From NCBI GenBank assembly GCA_039096225.1, contig JBBPEB010000009.1, forward strand, positions 186,001 to 250,000: DNA of 64,000 nt. The letters are read 5' to 3'. Below, one piece after another: positions 1-17,633 of this stretch. The position numbers and the translations under genes were made by a program. The notes below the pieces were generated by a model that was not told the DNA's origin, did not search any database, and worked only from the letters and a program-made list of their open reading frames with translations. Numbering within the stretch: position 1 is the first letter of the stretch; each line of letters starts with the position of its first letter. Source of the DNA: Blastocystis sp. Blastoise (lineage: Eukaryota; Protista; Bigyra: Opalinata).

Positions 1-196
1 GGATATTAATGATACAAAGAAATTATGTGTTGAATCCAATAATACTACTAAAACTAATAAGAATAAGAATAATAATATTTCTAATGAAGATTTTATTTGT
101 ATACGTTGTCGATTTATTACTACAGATATATCTAAACAAGTAAGTTATGAGAATAAAAATGACCGTTGTTTGCATTCCTATATCTCACTCGATTAA
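1..196 (+). CDS. 3' end of an unidentified gene (partial, runs off the window)
   Basis: Open frame from position 2 (DINDTKKLCVES...RCLHSYISLD*) ending in TAA at 194-196, followed by a T-rich UTR-like tract. Confidence 0.55.
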   Translation, partial: DINDTKKLCVESNNTTKTNKNKNNNISNEDFICIRCRFITTDISKQVSYENKNDRCLHSYISLD

Positions 197-518
197 ATAC
201 TATTCTATAAATATATATATTTGTTTTCTTTTTTCCTATTTTCTCTTTTTTTGGAGTTATTCTCTATTATATATGTTATTTCTCAATTCTTATGTTATTT
301 CTATTGTAGTTATAGTTATAATTATAATTCTGCTTTAAAAATACTTTATAATAATACTTATATATTCTCATTCATATTATTTAAAAGTTTTATTTTTTAA
401 ACACAACAAAAAAAAAAGAAGAATATAAGCATACAAATAAAATGTATTTAAGTGTATATATACATCAAGCAATAAATAAAAAAATACAACAATAAATAAT
501 ATATATAAAATACAACTA

Positions 519-1113
519 TTAATAATCATAAGCTGGCTCATCATCTGGTGCAAGAATTTTTTCAATTTTATGAACTGTCTCCATATCACCTCGTTTGAAT
601 GCAGCTTGTTTTTCCAACTAGATTCATTGATTTATATAGTAATAATAGATAAATCTTATTGTTTATAAAATAGACATGTAGGATTATAAAGAGGATACAT
701 AATATAATAATTATTATTATAATAATATAATAAATATTAATATGATATTAGAATAATATATATAATGTTAATAAATAGAAATATAATAAAAGTGGTAAAT
801 ATTATAATAAATATCACAATATAGTAATATAATAGTATCAGAATAACTTACAATAAGTTCTTGTTGCTTCTCCATAGCTTCCTTCTTCTCATTATCCAGT
901 CCCTTAAGAGCCATCCAATCCTTCATAATCTGCTTCTCCTTCTCCTTCAACTCTATCTCCTCAGCTGTAGGACCAGTAGAAACACTATATATAGTGTTAT
1001 ATTCATAATAACAACTTTTAATGATAATTTAATAATTATAATAATACTATGAATATTTAAATATATATATATATACTCTGATCCTTTTCGAGAACTTCTT
1101 CTTTCTATATATA

Positions 1114-1146
<33 letters not shown>

Positions 1147-2129
1147 GTTTAAAAATAGTTAACTATATACTAGCTTCTTTCTCTTGTTGATATTTAATAA
1201 TATCATAATATTTTCTTGAAGGAAACGTACATGTATTAAAAGCAGAACAATATCTATATAATAAATTATATATAAAATGAAAAAGAATATTCTATATATA
1301 TAGATAATAATTCATTAGTATTCATTAATATATATATATATATTACCCTTTAAATAATTTCATAGCTTCACTTCTTGACTGTGGAATAGAATCGATATGT
1401 TTCACTTCTTTCAACCAGAGAGCGAACTCCTATAGATATACAATAAAATAATATTTATATATAGATATATAGAGAGAATAATTATGTATATATTCTATAC
1501 TATAGTATTATGATTATATATATATATACCATTTGTTTATTGAAATAATCAGAATCAACAACAATTCCATATTTACCATAGTTATTCATATCAATAGCTA
1601 AAGATTTCTGGGTATGCTGATGAGAAGAATGCTAAGTATATTTATATACATATATATAATTATTTATATATATATTATTATTTATATATATAATTTATTT
1701 TTATAAAATATATACATGTCTGTGTCCATGACTATGTCCACTACCGTGACCACTACCGTGACCATGACTATGTCCATGACTATGTCCATGACTACGACTG
1801 CGTCCTCGATGTTCATTATTACTCTCAGAATCAGATGACGAACTATCATTTCTTTCTTTTGATTGATTTATTTGCTTATTCTGATCGGTCGTTTGTTGTC
1901 TCACACTTGTATCATCATCAGAAGAATCAACTAAAACCCACATCTCACTCTTTTTATTTTCTGCTATCTTGCCGACATCATCAGAAATGGAACGAGAACG
2001 ACTTCTTCGTTCTCGTCTACTGGAGCTATGATGTTTATGTTCTGATACATCTCTTCTATGATGTCTATCTCGACTAGAACTGGAATGATTGCGATGATTT
2101 CTATGTGATCTTTCTGTATCGTCTCCCAT
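519..2129 (-). CDS. Conserved uncharacterised nuclear protein with RS/His-rich N-terminus (7 exons)
   Basis: GT-AG spliced exons give an RS/GHSH-rich N-terminus, then YGKYGIVVDSDYFNKQMEFALWLKEVK...FNTCTFPSRKYYDI. I recognise this motif set from a conserved hypothetical family in plants, fungi and protists. Coiled-coil C-terminus. Confidence 0.75.
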
Positions 2130-2343
2130 TATGAATAATGAATCTTCACAAAAATATATTTATAAATAAAGAATAAAATCAAATAATATATGTAAAAATA
2201 ATAGCGAATATTTCTTTTATTTCTCAGAGAAATGGAGTGTTATTCATAATAATTTTATTTTTCTTTTTTTAACATTAATTATTGAAGAATAATATATATT
2301 ATATTTATATTTGTGAACTCTAGCTAAACTAATACAAAACGTG

Positions 2344-5166
2344 ATGTTTGGGAATCTCAAATTTTCTCTTCATCTTCTTCGTCAACAAAATATTCGTTTA
2401 TTTATGAATATTTCAAGATCTAATGTGTTTAAGTCATCTCCATCAATTATTAAAACAAATCAGATTTTCTTTAGATATGTAAGTGATCAAATCAATGTAG
2501 GATCATCTTCAAGACCAGTATTCAATTATTCAGAACAGGTATTATTTCATATTCTGCAATATATTTTATAATATTCAAATCATTTATATAGCTAGAATCT
2601 ATAGATGGTTTGAATCGTTGCTTAGAAAAATATAATTCAACAAAACAAAGTATTCCTAAAGATGTTGCTCGATATTTTGAAAGTGGAGATCTATTTAAAA
2701 AGTCTAGCTATCAGCAGGTATATATATATTTATTATGAAATTCTATTTGTTTCCTATTGTTGTCTAATTTTTTTTTAATGTTTTTTTTATTAGCAAAATA
2801 AATTATGGGAAACAATAAAACGATCGACAATAAATGATTTAGATAGTAAAGTGACTATATATAAAGGATTATTATTATATGCAACAAAATACCATAATGT
2901 TCGAACTGGACTTGATGTCTTTAATGTATATTTATATTATTTTATTATATTATTATATTATTATTATATTATATTATTATTATATTATTATTATATTTCT
3001 TACTCCATAGTCCATAATAACCATGGGAATCACGAGGAAAATGCCTGGATTCACTTATGAGAATCTTATTCGAGAGTTATATAAGAAGAAGGACTATAAA
3101 AATGCTATATATATGTATAATACTTTAAAAACACAAAATGTCACTCTTTCTCCTTAGTATATATATATAAATATATATTATTTGGTATTTGTTCTCATTT
3201 TATATACCATTATTATACATTTATTAATATTATTTTTTTTTATATTATTCTTCATATTTATATATTTAATTATTTATTCATAATCTATTATTCATATACT
3301 CTTGGTTTATAAACATATATATACATATATAGTTCAAAAGCCTATATAATTAATTCCTACGGGAATGTAAACCGTTGTGACCGGGCTATAGTTATATTAA
3401 ATGATTTAATTCAAGAATATAAATATTATAATGTGTATTCTACAGATAAAGATATCTATCAATATAAATATAATAATAAACATATTAATCGAAATCAAAT
3501 GAAAATTGTATATACAGCTGCTATCCAAGCATGTTGCAAATGTAACTATATAGATCAGGCGTGTATATATATAGAGGACATGACTCGATATGGTTTGTCT
3601 ATTGATGCTTATGTATATACACCTGTGATTACATCTCTTGGTATTAATAAACAAGTTGAAAAGGCTGAAATGATTTTTAATAAAGCGAAATTGAATGGTT
3701 GCTGTAACATTGTGTCACATAATGCACTTCTTGCCGTTTATGCCAGGGTAAATTATTATTATTGCTATTCTTATATTAGTAGTGTTATTACTCTATTATT
3801 ATATTATATTCTATATATTATATTCTATATAATATATTCTATATATTATATTCTATATATTATATTTTATATATTATATTCTATATATTATATTCTATAT
3901 AGAATATCCTATTTAATATATTCTATATATTATATTCTATATAATATATTCTATATAGAATATCATCTCTATATACTATGATATACTCTATATATATATA
4001 GAATGGGAATAGATCTAAGTTGGAGAGTCACATGAGAGATATGAAACAAGAAGGAATTTCCCTTGGAACAGAAGCGTATGATTATTCTCTATTCTATCTA
4101 TTCCTCTATATATATATTTATAGATTAGTAATAATATTCACATACAATGTTTCCTATATATAACATAATAATATAATAATATATAGATATAATAGTTTAC
4201 TAATGTGTTATGGTAATGAAAATGACGTTCCTTCTGCTCTCAATATATTTAATCTTATGAAGCAGGTATATATAGATTATTATTAAACATATTATTATTA
4301 TATATTTAGACAATTATTAACTATGCTATTATTATATATATAGAGTATTATTAACTATATTATTATTATATATAGAATAACATAGAGCCATCAATTGTCA
4401 CATTTGTTCAGTTAATTAAAATATTAGGACAAAACAAAGAATATGATCGAATATCCGCGGTTATTGATAAAATGACGGACTATAAACTAGAAATTAATAG
4501 TGATATATATGCAGCTTTATTAGATGCTTTTGAAAATACAAATATGGCTTTAGATGTATATAAACAAGCAAAGAAATATGTACATATATATATATATATT
4601 AGTTACGAATATAGAATATTAGTTATTCTTTTATAAATATCTATAGATATCTCCAAATGATCCCAATTTAAATAAGATATTCCCTCAATTATGTTCATCA
4701 AATTCAGTCACTTTACCTGATTTCCCAGAAGTTTATAAATATCTTGGAATGAATACAAGTACAGTCAAAGCTTCAGTTCTGGATAAACTGAATAATATAT
4801 TAACTAGTAAAGAACCATATTCTCGTGATCTTATACTTATTGCAGATTATTTTAGTCCCAATAAACGTATATATAACACAATAACTACGATTCTGAACGA
4901 TATGCAGATTTCTTGGTTTACTGGAGAAAAAGATGGTTATATATATATACCTAGAGATAGTATTACGTATATATATATTATATATTATATTATATTATAT
5001 TATATTATATTATATTATATTATATATTATATATAGTGATTTTGTGAGTAAAGAGAATTATAAGCGAATGAAGATGAAAATGGAAATATGGACATATATA
5101 AGAGTATTCTGCTGTTTCTCTCTTATTATTGGTACCGTGTATGCATTTATATATATATTCATCTAG
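2344..5166 (+). CDS. Pentatricopeptide-repeat (PPR) protein, probably mitochondrion/MRO-targeted, with Smr-like region and C-terminal TM helix
   Basis: Repeated PPR-type helices (VYTAAIQACCK, VYTPVITSLG, VSHNALLAVYAR, YNSLLMCYG, VTFVQLIKILG). R/S-rich presequence-like N-terminus. About 9 exons joined by GT-AG introns. Confidence 0.85.
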
Positions 5167-5754
5167 TTCTATTTTACACTATACTTTATCAATTCATATT
5201 ATACAGATATACCATTCCTTCATTATTATCATTTTACAAAGCTTAAATTATTCGGGTTGATTTATTTATCAAGTTATTGTTTTATTCTATACATTTTTCA
5301 AAACACTGTTTTGTTCTATCTACTTCATTTCTCATATTAAAAGCAGATGTTTAATTATTTGGATCCTTTTATAAATGATATGTCTATCAACATCTACATT
5401 TTCAAGCATTTTGCCTAATTAAAAATACACATTTCTTTTCAAATTTTTATAAATAAAGCATCTAACGTGTTTGACGTTTCTCACTTCATCCTTTCTTTAA
5501 TATTCATCACATATTCTCTGCTATTATAAAACATAAAAAATGACTTGCATATCATGTTGCACATTTCTTAACAAAACATATTTACATATTATAAACATGC
5601 CCCATAAAACACAACCATGAAATTATATTTCTTATTAATTAAAATAATAATAAAATTTCTAAGAACTTCTTTCAAAATTTATTTCTTTTTTCTGTCATTT
5701 CTTTTCCCTTTTACATTTAATTAAATAGCTTTTGTGTTAAGAGATTTGTTGAAT

Positions 5755-6801
5755 ATGAATTCTGATATCATCTCTTTATATCTTTCACTTCCCATCGTAC
5801 TTCTCATATGTGTCTTTGGCTATAAAAAGCATTCACTAAGCTTAGATGGGGCTTTAACAGCTTTCTTCGTTGGAATATTTCATTTTATAGCTGGTTGGCG
5901 CTATGTCATTCTTCTCTTTTTCTTTTTTTTCTCTTCAAGTAAAGTCACAAAAATGTGGAATGATAAAAAAAGCAAACTTGAAGACGGTTATAAATATGGT
6001 GGTGAACGTAAAGCTATACAAGTTATTGCCAATGGTGGACCTGCTACTCTTCTATGTATCTGTGTAACTTATTTAAAATATTGGAAACATTTAGAAAATC
6101 TTGATCAACTTGAAGGTATATAGTGTAATGATATTGATTTTATTTCTAAAGCGATCTTATTCTTGCCTGCTGTTTGTTGTCAGTATATTGAATCTAATTC
6201 AGACACATGGTCAAGTGAAATAGGTGTTCTCTGTCAAAAACCTATTTTATTATTTCCATTCTTAACAAGACCTTCTATATCCAATCAATATAAAGATATT
6301 TCAGTTGAAAAAGATCATCCTAAAACTTTTATTTCTTCATTTTATTCATTTTGTTATCATTATATTTATATTCCTTGTCCTGTATGTACTAATGGCGGTA
6401 TATCCTTATGTGGTCTCTCTGGAGCTTTTCTTTCAGGAATCTGTTTTTCAATTCTTTATTCTTTCATTCAACCAATACCTATTTATTCTTATCAAGAAAT
6501 TTTATTATATTGTGTTATTCTTTCCCTTTGTGGAACACTATTAGATTCTCTCCTTGGATCCCTCTTTGAAACATCTTTCTATTGTTCAACATCCCATAAA
6601 GTGATCAAATATAATCAAATACTCAATCATACATGTTGTCAAGAAGCATATCAATCTCATTCTTTTGTTAGTGGATCTCAACCAAAACAATGTGGTTATA
6701 TATGTGGATATTTCACCAGATCTGGATCATTCACAAATTTACTTACTTGCTCTATCATGACTATTCTTCCTTTCCTTTGGATTCTCTATCATAGATTATA
6801 A
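5755..6801 (+). CDS. TMEM19: TMEM19/DUF92-family membrane protein
   Basis: SLSLDGA, GGERKAIQVIANGG, SDTWSSEIG, TNGGISLCG and LLDSLLGSLF motifs. A 36-nt GT-AG intron (6116-6151) joins the two ORFs. Confidence 0.9.
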
Positions 6802-7122
6802 TCCTATTCAATATTATTTTATTATGGGGACTATATAAAATTTTCTTTGTTTTCATTATTTTATATATTTTGTTTTGTTTTTCTTTTATATGTTTATATT
6901 TATTTATGATCAAACTAAAACTTGTATATATATATATATACAAAACAAGACGATAAACATGAATAACAAATAAATACAAACATACAAAAAAAAACAAATC
7001 AAAATAGAAAACAGAAAAAATGAAAACTTAAGACATAATAAAACTTAATAGAGACATCAAATAGAAATGAAATTGAAATTGAGAATATGAAATAAGTAAT
7101 GATGTCGTTGATTATTAGTTAT

Positions 7123-7789
7123 TTACTTTTTAGCATTTATTCGTTCTCGAATACCTTTCATTTTATATGCATGTTTCTTCTTAGCTGTCAAAGTAGACTC
7201 TCTTGCTTCTTTTTCAAGTGTCTATATATATTCATAATTATTATATCAATATTCATTGGTTATGTATTTATATATATAATTAGTTAATAATAATAAGTAT
7301 TATAATATTAATAAATACCTTCTTCTTAATATATGCTTCTTTTTGTTTCTTCATTATGGCTTCTCTCTTTTCTACTCTTTCATTCTTAATAGTATTCAAA
7401 CGTTGCATTAAGACAGCTCTATATAAAGATATATATATATATGAACATATATATATATATATATATATATACTCCTTTCTTTCTTCATGGGTCATTAATA
7501 ATTTACGAGGAATAGCATCAGGTCTATAAATAGAATAAATGTAATAATAAACAATATAACTATAATATATATAATAATATATACCTAACTGGCTTCTTCT
7601 TCTTAGCTGTTCTCTTTTCTACATTTTGACTCTTAAAGGGAAGAGAGGCTTCCAGTTTCTTGGGGATTACGAGAGGATTAAACACCGGCTCTTGACGGAC
7701 CACTGGCTTATAAACACTGTCTTTTTTCACGGGAATCGGAATTTGTTTCTGTTGACGTAATTCACGTATAGTTCTCATATGTAACCAAT

Positions 7790-7876
<87 letters not shown>

Positions 7877-8058
7877 TTCTATATTTTTCACTAGTTTATT
7901 AGTCATATTATTATAATAATGTTTAGGTTCAATAGCAGCCCATGTCTTACAGAATATAGTATCACTCACTTTAATCTTATCTTCAAATGTAGCACGGAAT
8001 GTTCCCGCGGGACCAGGAGCCTTATGCTTGATCTATATATATATAGTAAGTGTTATAG

Positions 8059-8096
<38 letters not shown>

Positions 8097-10278
8097 TAAA
8101 TATAAATAATAATAATAATAATATATATATATATATACTTCTCCTCGAATACCACTAACAGTTCTGATTTTTGCTCCTTCGAATTTGGCGACTTCGAGTT
8201 CACTGTTAAACATATCCTTAATAAATGCAGTATTCTTATATATCTTGAAGGGATGACCAATAAGTTTCAGTTTCTTCATAATTTTGAATGTTTCTCCGAG
8301 TTCTAGTACTGTACCAGTTGACGATATACGGAATTCAGGCGTACGATTGGTGAGAGATGTAAATGTCATAAACCCGGTATTTGGCGGGACGGTAGGTCCA
8401 TAGAAGGCAGCTTGGCAATGCATATATTCTGGAGTATATTTGACCATTCTCATTCTCTTATTAAGATCTTCCATACAGTATATGGGTATAGTTTGGAATC
8501 GTCTCCATCCATAACTAACAATAAAGGGATCATTGGTCTTCAAAATACGCTTATACCAACGATGACGCTTAATACGGACCTATATATATAATAGTTATTA
8601 TTGTTATAGAATAATAAATAGAATAATAAATATAAACATAAATAAAATAATAAATAAAATAATACATACTCTAACAATACCCATATTTTGTTCATTTTCG
8701 AGTAATCCTCCTAATATCATGGGTTCATATACATTTACATTCTGTATAAAGGCAGCAGGCACCTTCTCTAAGACTACACGTACATAACACCCTGGAGGAA
8801 AACCCATTATACTATCTCTATATGCAAGAGGCATTCCTTCAAACTCAGCACGATTCTTCTTATCCTTTATACATATAGAATAGAGAATAAAGACATAGAA
8901 GAAGAATAAATATTATTATAATTACTAAAACATAATAATAATAAAATAGTAATAAATAAAAATCTAATAAAAAAATAAATAAAAATCTAATAAAAGATAT
9001 AATAATAAATATAATAAATATAATAATCATACTTGATCTTCTCGTTTCTTCTTAAGGATTTCAAAATATTCTTCATCTTTCTTCCAAACAGCTTTTTCTT
9101 CTTCTTTATCTTTTCCTTCTTCCTTCATATCATCGAATTCTTCATCGAAAGCAGCTTTCTTCTCTGCTTTCTTTTGTCTGTTATATTCTCTTTCTTCTTC
9201 TATAGTCATACCCTTTCTCTTTTCATCTTCATCTTCTTCTTTTTCATTCTTAGTATTATCATTCAATATATCTTCATCTAAATCACTTTCATTCATAACT
9301 TCATTATTATCATCATCATTATCATCATCATCATCATTATCATCATCATTATCATCATCATTATCATCTTCATTATTATTATCATCATCATCATCAGAAT
9401 CTTCGACTGGATCTTGAGCTAATTCAGGATGTTCTTCTAAATCAACTATACCATCTCCATCATCACTACTACTATCATCATTGCTATCATCATCATCATC
9501 GTCTATCTTATCACCCCACGTACCGGTAACGAAATGATTCTTAAAAGAAGACAAGAAACTCTCATCATTCCAATCATGAGTAATAGCAGGAAGAGCTTTT
9601 TTATCAGAATCAAAATCATTTTGAGTTAACAAAGAAGTAGCTTCTTCTGCCTTCTTTTTATTCTTTAATGTAAAGAAATCATCATCACTTTCTTCTTCTT
9701 CTTCTTCTTCTTGATCTTCAGGATGATCACCCTCACCATATCTAGATAGATATATATTAATAAGAATAATATATAATATAATAAATAATATATAATAGTA
9801 TATAATATATACACAAGAGACATAAGATCTTTATTAATAACTTTTCTATCTTCATGTCTTTCTACAGCTTGTTTTAATATATTATCTTTCCATTTAATAT
9901 CAGTTTCATTATATTGAGAAGTATCTAAACCAGTATTAGTGTTATTTATAGTAATATCCTTATTATTATTATTATCATCATCTTCATCATCATCATCTTG
10001 GGTATCAGTATTATAATGACCTTCAAGGGACCATTTCTCATTCTTCTCTTCTTCACTCTCTTCTTCTTCTTCTTCTTCTTCTTCATTATCATCATTATCA
10101 TCATTATCATCATCATCATAATCATCATAATCATCATTCTCCACTCCAAAAGGTCCTTCCATATCATCTTCACTATCACTATGTATATACATCTTCTTCA
10201 TCTTCTCCTCATCCTCTATATCACTACTATCTTCTTCACTATCCACATCACGCATTATCTATAATAATAATAATAATA

Positions 10279-10328
<50 letters not shown>

Positions 10329-12412
10329 TACTTGTTCTCCTTTCTCTACCTTAAGGTTCTCTACAGGTCGGCGGAAAAGCGGCTGTGTTTCTCGTTTATA
10401 AGTATCGGAATGATCCAGACGGCTGTTCAGAGCATCGATATCACCAAGGGAATCATTAGTATATGCCTTACTATCTTTAAATAGAGATAAAGCAGTATCC
10501 TTCAATTTATCATCTAATCCTGTATCTAAAGATTGTAAATCACGAACCATCGACACACCTTCACGAAGTTCGTCTTCATTTAATTTCTCTTTTTTATTTC
10601 CACTATTTAACACAGCGGATTGCCCGCCATTGGTTGGCGCCACTGTACTGTCTTTTACTACTAATTCACTGTTCTCATCAGTAAATTGAAGTTGAGGAAG
10701 ATTAATATACCTATATATATATATAAGGATAAGTATAAATAATATATATTTCACTAGAGTAATAAAAAATAAAAATGAATCTAATATATATATAATAAAT
10801 ATAATAATAATAATAATATATATATAATAAATATAAATATAATAATAATAATATACATAGCATCTTTATCAAAAACAATTTTACCCATATTACTCATAGG
10901 AGCATAAAGAATAATTTCTTTACTGTTTAATGTTCGTTTCTTCTTCCCCTCTTCTTTAGTAGGGAGGGGACAAGGATCCTCTTGACGTTGAACTATCTTG
11001 GGAACAAAATCTCCTACACCAATCAAATGGAAGGGTGTTGTTGGCTTTAAATAACAACCACGAACATAACCATACATAGTAACTGTTCTAGAAACATCTT
11101 GATTTTCTTGAATAACATTTGGATCTGTAATATCTTCATATCTATCTACTAAAACATAAGGATGAGATATTCTCCAATTTAAAGGACGTAACTTAATACG
11201 AGATATATATAAACATAAATTATGTATTTCTGTCTTAGGATACTATATATATAATATATATATATACTATATAATACATATATACTTAAAATTAAAACAT
11301 AATAATAATAAACAAAAAACTTAGAGAATAAACTTATATATATAATAATATATATACCTTTCCATTTTGAATACCAGGAATATAAAATAATTTAGCTCCA
11401 TTATAGATTTCAGTCCAAAAACGGTTTTTAATTTCCTTCTTCTTCTTCTTTAGTTTCTTAGCATCTTTAAATCCATCCAAATGGGTTAATATACCTAATA
11501 TCTTAGGAAAACCATGTATCTAAATATATATATATAATAATAATAAGTAGACGAATATAATAATAATAAAATAATTGTTTATACAAAATAAATTTAATAT
11601 ATATATATATATATATACTTGAAGAATATTAAGGAATTCGAATGTTTCCATTTCAAACCCATAAGAACCATCAATCATCAATAATACTAAATCAGCAACC
11701 TATATAAATATATATATAATAAATCATTATGAATATGAATTAATAATAAATATAAACATATAAATTATTATAATGAATAATAATAATAATAATAATAATA
11801 TATATATATATATTATCTAATAATAAAATAATATACTTTCCCGACATCAATCATAGAAGGAAGATCATTAGGACATTCAATAAACGTAAGTCGACGATTC
11901 TTACCACTAACTACAGTAATTGGACCTTTTACATCTATTAAAGATTGTTTTGTATATTTCTTAATCAAACCCTATATATAGAGAAGAGGATATTTATACT
12001 GAATAGAATAAATAAGATATTATAGTATAATCAAGAAAAAATATAATAATAAAAAAAATAATAATAATAAATATAATTAATAATAAACAGTATAAAAATG
12101 CTAAAAAAATACCTTAATTAAGGTAGTTTTACCAACACCTGTAGGTCCTACGACGGCAATAACAGTAGGAGGATTTTCTTCTTCTGTTAGATTGGCCATA
12201 GGCATATGATGTTTACGTTGAGCACGATCTAAATTACGTTGAAGTGCTTTTTTAGCACTAACAGCTGAGTTGACAGAGAAAGCACCAGGATGAGTACTCT
12301 TTTGTTTTCTTTGTCCATCATTTCTCTTCTTTTCTATTTTTCTTTGCTTCTTATTAGCTTTCACACCAGCTTGAGGAGCTCTATGCTGATGTTTAACGTC
12401 GTCAGTATTCAT
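7123..12412 (-). CDS. BMS1: Ribosome biogenesis GTPase BMS1
   Basis: [50 protein letters not shown] and [16 protein letters not shown] motifs, with an acidic central region. About 15 exons. Confidence 0.97.
7791..7876 (-). other. Intron consisting only of GT(AT)41AG
   Basis: Joins BMS1 ...KNIE|DWLHMRT in frame. Confidence 0.9.
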
Positions 12413-12724
12413 TACTTAAGCAGTTAACAAGAAAACAAATAAAATAAAATTTTTATGGGTAACAAAATAACCATGATTAAATGGATTTTCTGAACAATCA
12501 CACATTGGTGGAAAAAAGCAAATTTTAAGGAAAATGGAAGAAAAGTTGAAAGCACGGGAAAATTCAAATTATCACTCCTCTTCATTAGATTCCCGTGAAA
12601 AAAATAGTTCAAAGAAGAAAAGAGTATCAAACTTTGAAAGACCTATTCTTTCTAGTGATTGCTCCTCTCTTTGATTCGTATGTGTTTTACGGTAAAACAC
12701 TTAATAATATATAGTATCAAAAGC

Positions 12725-14808
<2,084 letters not shown>

Positions 14809-15599
14809 ATATAGTAACGTATGTCTATATTAGAATAAAATATATAATAATATTCGTAGAATACGTGAAATAAAATGTTATGATTTTCTTATAATTCTAT
14901 ATATATATATATTTGTTTTATATCTAATTTTATTTGTTTCTATATATATATATATATATATATATCGTTCTTCTTCATTTTTTCTTGGGGATTCCTTATT
15001 CTTTTCACTTTTTCAATTATTGTTTCTTCTCTTTTTCGTTTTTCGATTTTTTATGTACTATTAGTTGCATTTATACTTTTGTATATGCATATATTTGCAT
15101 TTTATCCTTTGGTTTTGCTTTATTTATTGAGTCATAACTATTTCCTGAAAAACAGAAAGAAATTAATAAATATATGTGTGTAAACAGAGAGTTTATATAA
15201 TAGAAGAGTAGTATATAGTTAAATGCAAGTCATTATAATTTATTTTTGACCTTTTAAAAAAATTAACTATTTTCATATTTCAATCTTATTGATTGATCAA
15301 AAAATCAAATATATTATCATGTTATCTTGTTTGTATCCATAAATACATTTCAAATAATTATTAAAAGCAAATAAAAAGTTATTCAAAAGTATTTAAATAT
15401 ATAAAAGAGTCTTTTCATTTAACAATACCATAAAATTAATATATGTGAAATGAATAATAAGTTTAATAAAAAAAATAGATAATATATAGAAATTATAATA
15501 ATATTTGCTATGAACAAAAAGAATACAGAATTCACTTAATATTTGTATTAATATAATTTACATAGAAATAGGTAGATTCATCAAATATGTTATTCTTCT

Positions 15600-15906
15600 T
15601 TAAATTATTGATTGATAAAAATGAGCTTCTAGTTTTTTATCTTCTTTCTTACATCCATACATACAGGCCATGATAGAATATATTAACTATATAAATATAT
15701 AGATAAAAAAAAGTTAATAATATAGATAAAAAGACTATGAATAACAGTATCGTATTATATATATGTGTGTATATGAAAGAAAATAGATATATACAAAGAC
15801 GATAGAGCCAATGATTCCATATATAACCCAAAGACTAAGTAGAGAACAAACTTTGTATACATGTAAAGGAGAATATAAAATATTGTTATTCAATAATTAT
15901 AAGTTA

Positions 15907-15980
<74 letters not shown>

Positions 15981-16902
15981 GGATATATAAGAAAAAGGAA
16001 TGACACAAGGAGTAGTAGAAGCAGAAGCATTATCACAAGCAGAAGAAGCATAGATACTTCCTACTCCATAAGTATCATTATAAGCAGCTATACCACAACA
16101 ATTATTCTGAATCTATATATATATAATAAATAAAGAATATAAAACAAATGTATGTAATAAATAGATAGTATACAATTATATCATAATATATTAAATGTAT
16201 ACAGTGAACTGTTTATAGTAATCTAAAAACCCTTCTTTTCCCTTATAATCTTCAAGCATTCCTTTCGCAACTTCTATATTATATTGCATTGTGTCACTCG
16301 TTAAATCCTATATTAAAATATATTATATTATTAAACAAATATACTCAATAAAATGTAACATTAATTTAATATAAATACATTTAAAAAATGAAAATAAAAT
16401 ACTTACATCTGTAGGGAACCAAAAATATACTTGCATCGTACAAATGAAAGTGATAACCATACAACCTAATACTCCACAAACACAATAAAAAATAGTAAAG
16501 CCATTACAACAATTACATCCATTTTTTACTATAGAAGAACAGATAAAAACACCAAGTGAACCAACAAAAAGAATCACAAGAAAACTAAAAAAAAACAGAA
16601 AATATATGTTTTTTTTAAATAATCTAAAATGATAATAAAAATGAATACACAGAGCTATAGGCCATAGGAAAGGATATCTCAATAATTATGTCATTCTAAA
16701 CATTTTAGTCACGACATATGAATATTTATATGTAAATATACAAAGACGCCAATAAAATAACAAATAATTGCGCCTATCAATGTTATTAATGTTGCAATTC
16801 CAGAAACAGCTAGCATTACCTTCATAAGACTGCTCTCTATAATATAGAGTGTAGTTAATATGTATATAGTATCATATTTCACATACTAGTAGTTTTGTCC
16901 AT
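15600..16902 (-). CDS. Tetraspanin-like protein, paralog 1
   Basis: Four hydrophobic segments and NNCCG in the large loop. The frame closes only if the AT-AC intron 15855-15986 is removed. Confidence 0.8.
15855..15986 (-). other. U12-type AT-AC intron
   Basis: 5' ATATCCTTT, branch TCCTTTAC, 3' GTATAC. Joins PFSY|KVCSL in frame. Confidence 0.9.
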
Positions 16903-17633
16903 TTTCCTTTAAATAATAAAGATAAAATAAAATATGAACAATTGATGATTCTACAAATGAAAAAAATCTTTTGAGACAACCGTGGAATGTACAGAAAAAG
17001 TGAAGGATGTACAGAAAAATACAGGAAAAAAAAAGATATGACTATAATTTCTCTTTTATTCAAGATTGTTTTTGAATACTCTGGAAAAGGAATTTACTTT
17101 TGGAAAAAGAAATCCACGATGAATAATCTTTGGCCTTTATAGAAATGTTAGAAGAATTGAGCTATGTACAACATGTATTGAGTCATTTTTGATGTTTTAA
17201 TAAAAGTGATTAAGTTTGAAATATAAACGGGCAATTATATATATATTATACGATTATCAGTACCTAATAGTAAATACTTTTAAATATTATTTGTGATGAA
17301 TAAAAACGTTTTTGCATTTAAAAAATTGTTTCTTCATAATAAACAAAAAATAGCATTAAAACAAGAATATCTGACTCTATATCATTAAGAAGAATAGTCA
17401 TAAAGGTACTTATTATGATGTAAATAAAACAAAACAAATAGTAATCGAAATGTAAAAAATGTGTATGTATATAAGAGAGAATTTTATCAATTAATATGCG
17501 AATACAGAAAGAGTCATAAAATATGATGACTATCGTTTCTTTATAATAGTTATAAAAAGATTAGAAAAAATAAATAGATATAATAAAATAGTTTATAATC
17601 AAAAAATAAGAGTATCTAGTTTCTTTGAATGAT

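Noticed and set aside
6116-6163. In-frame TAG between the two TMEM19 ORFs, suggesting readthrough or stop-codon reassignment
   Set aside because: A 36-nt GT-AG intron (6116-6151) removes it cleanly.
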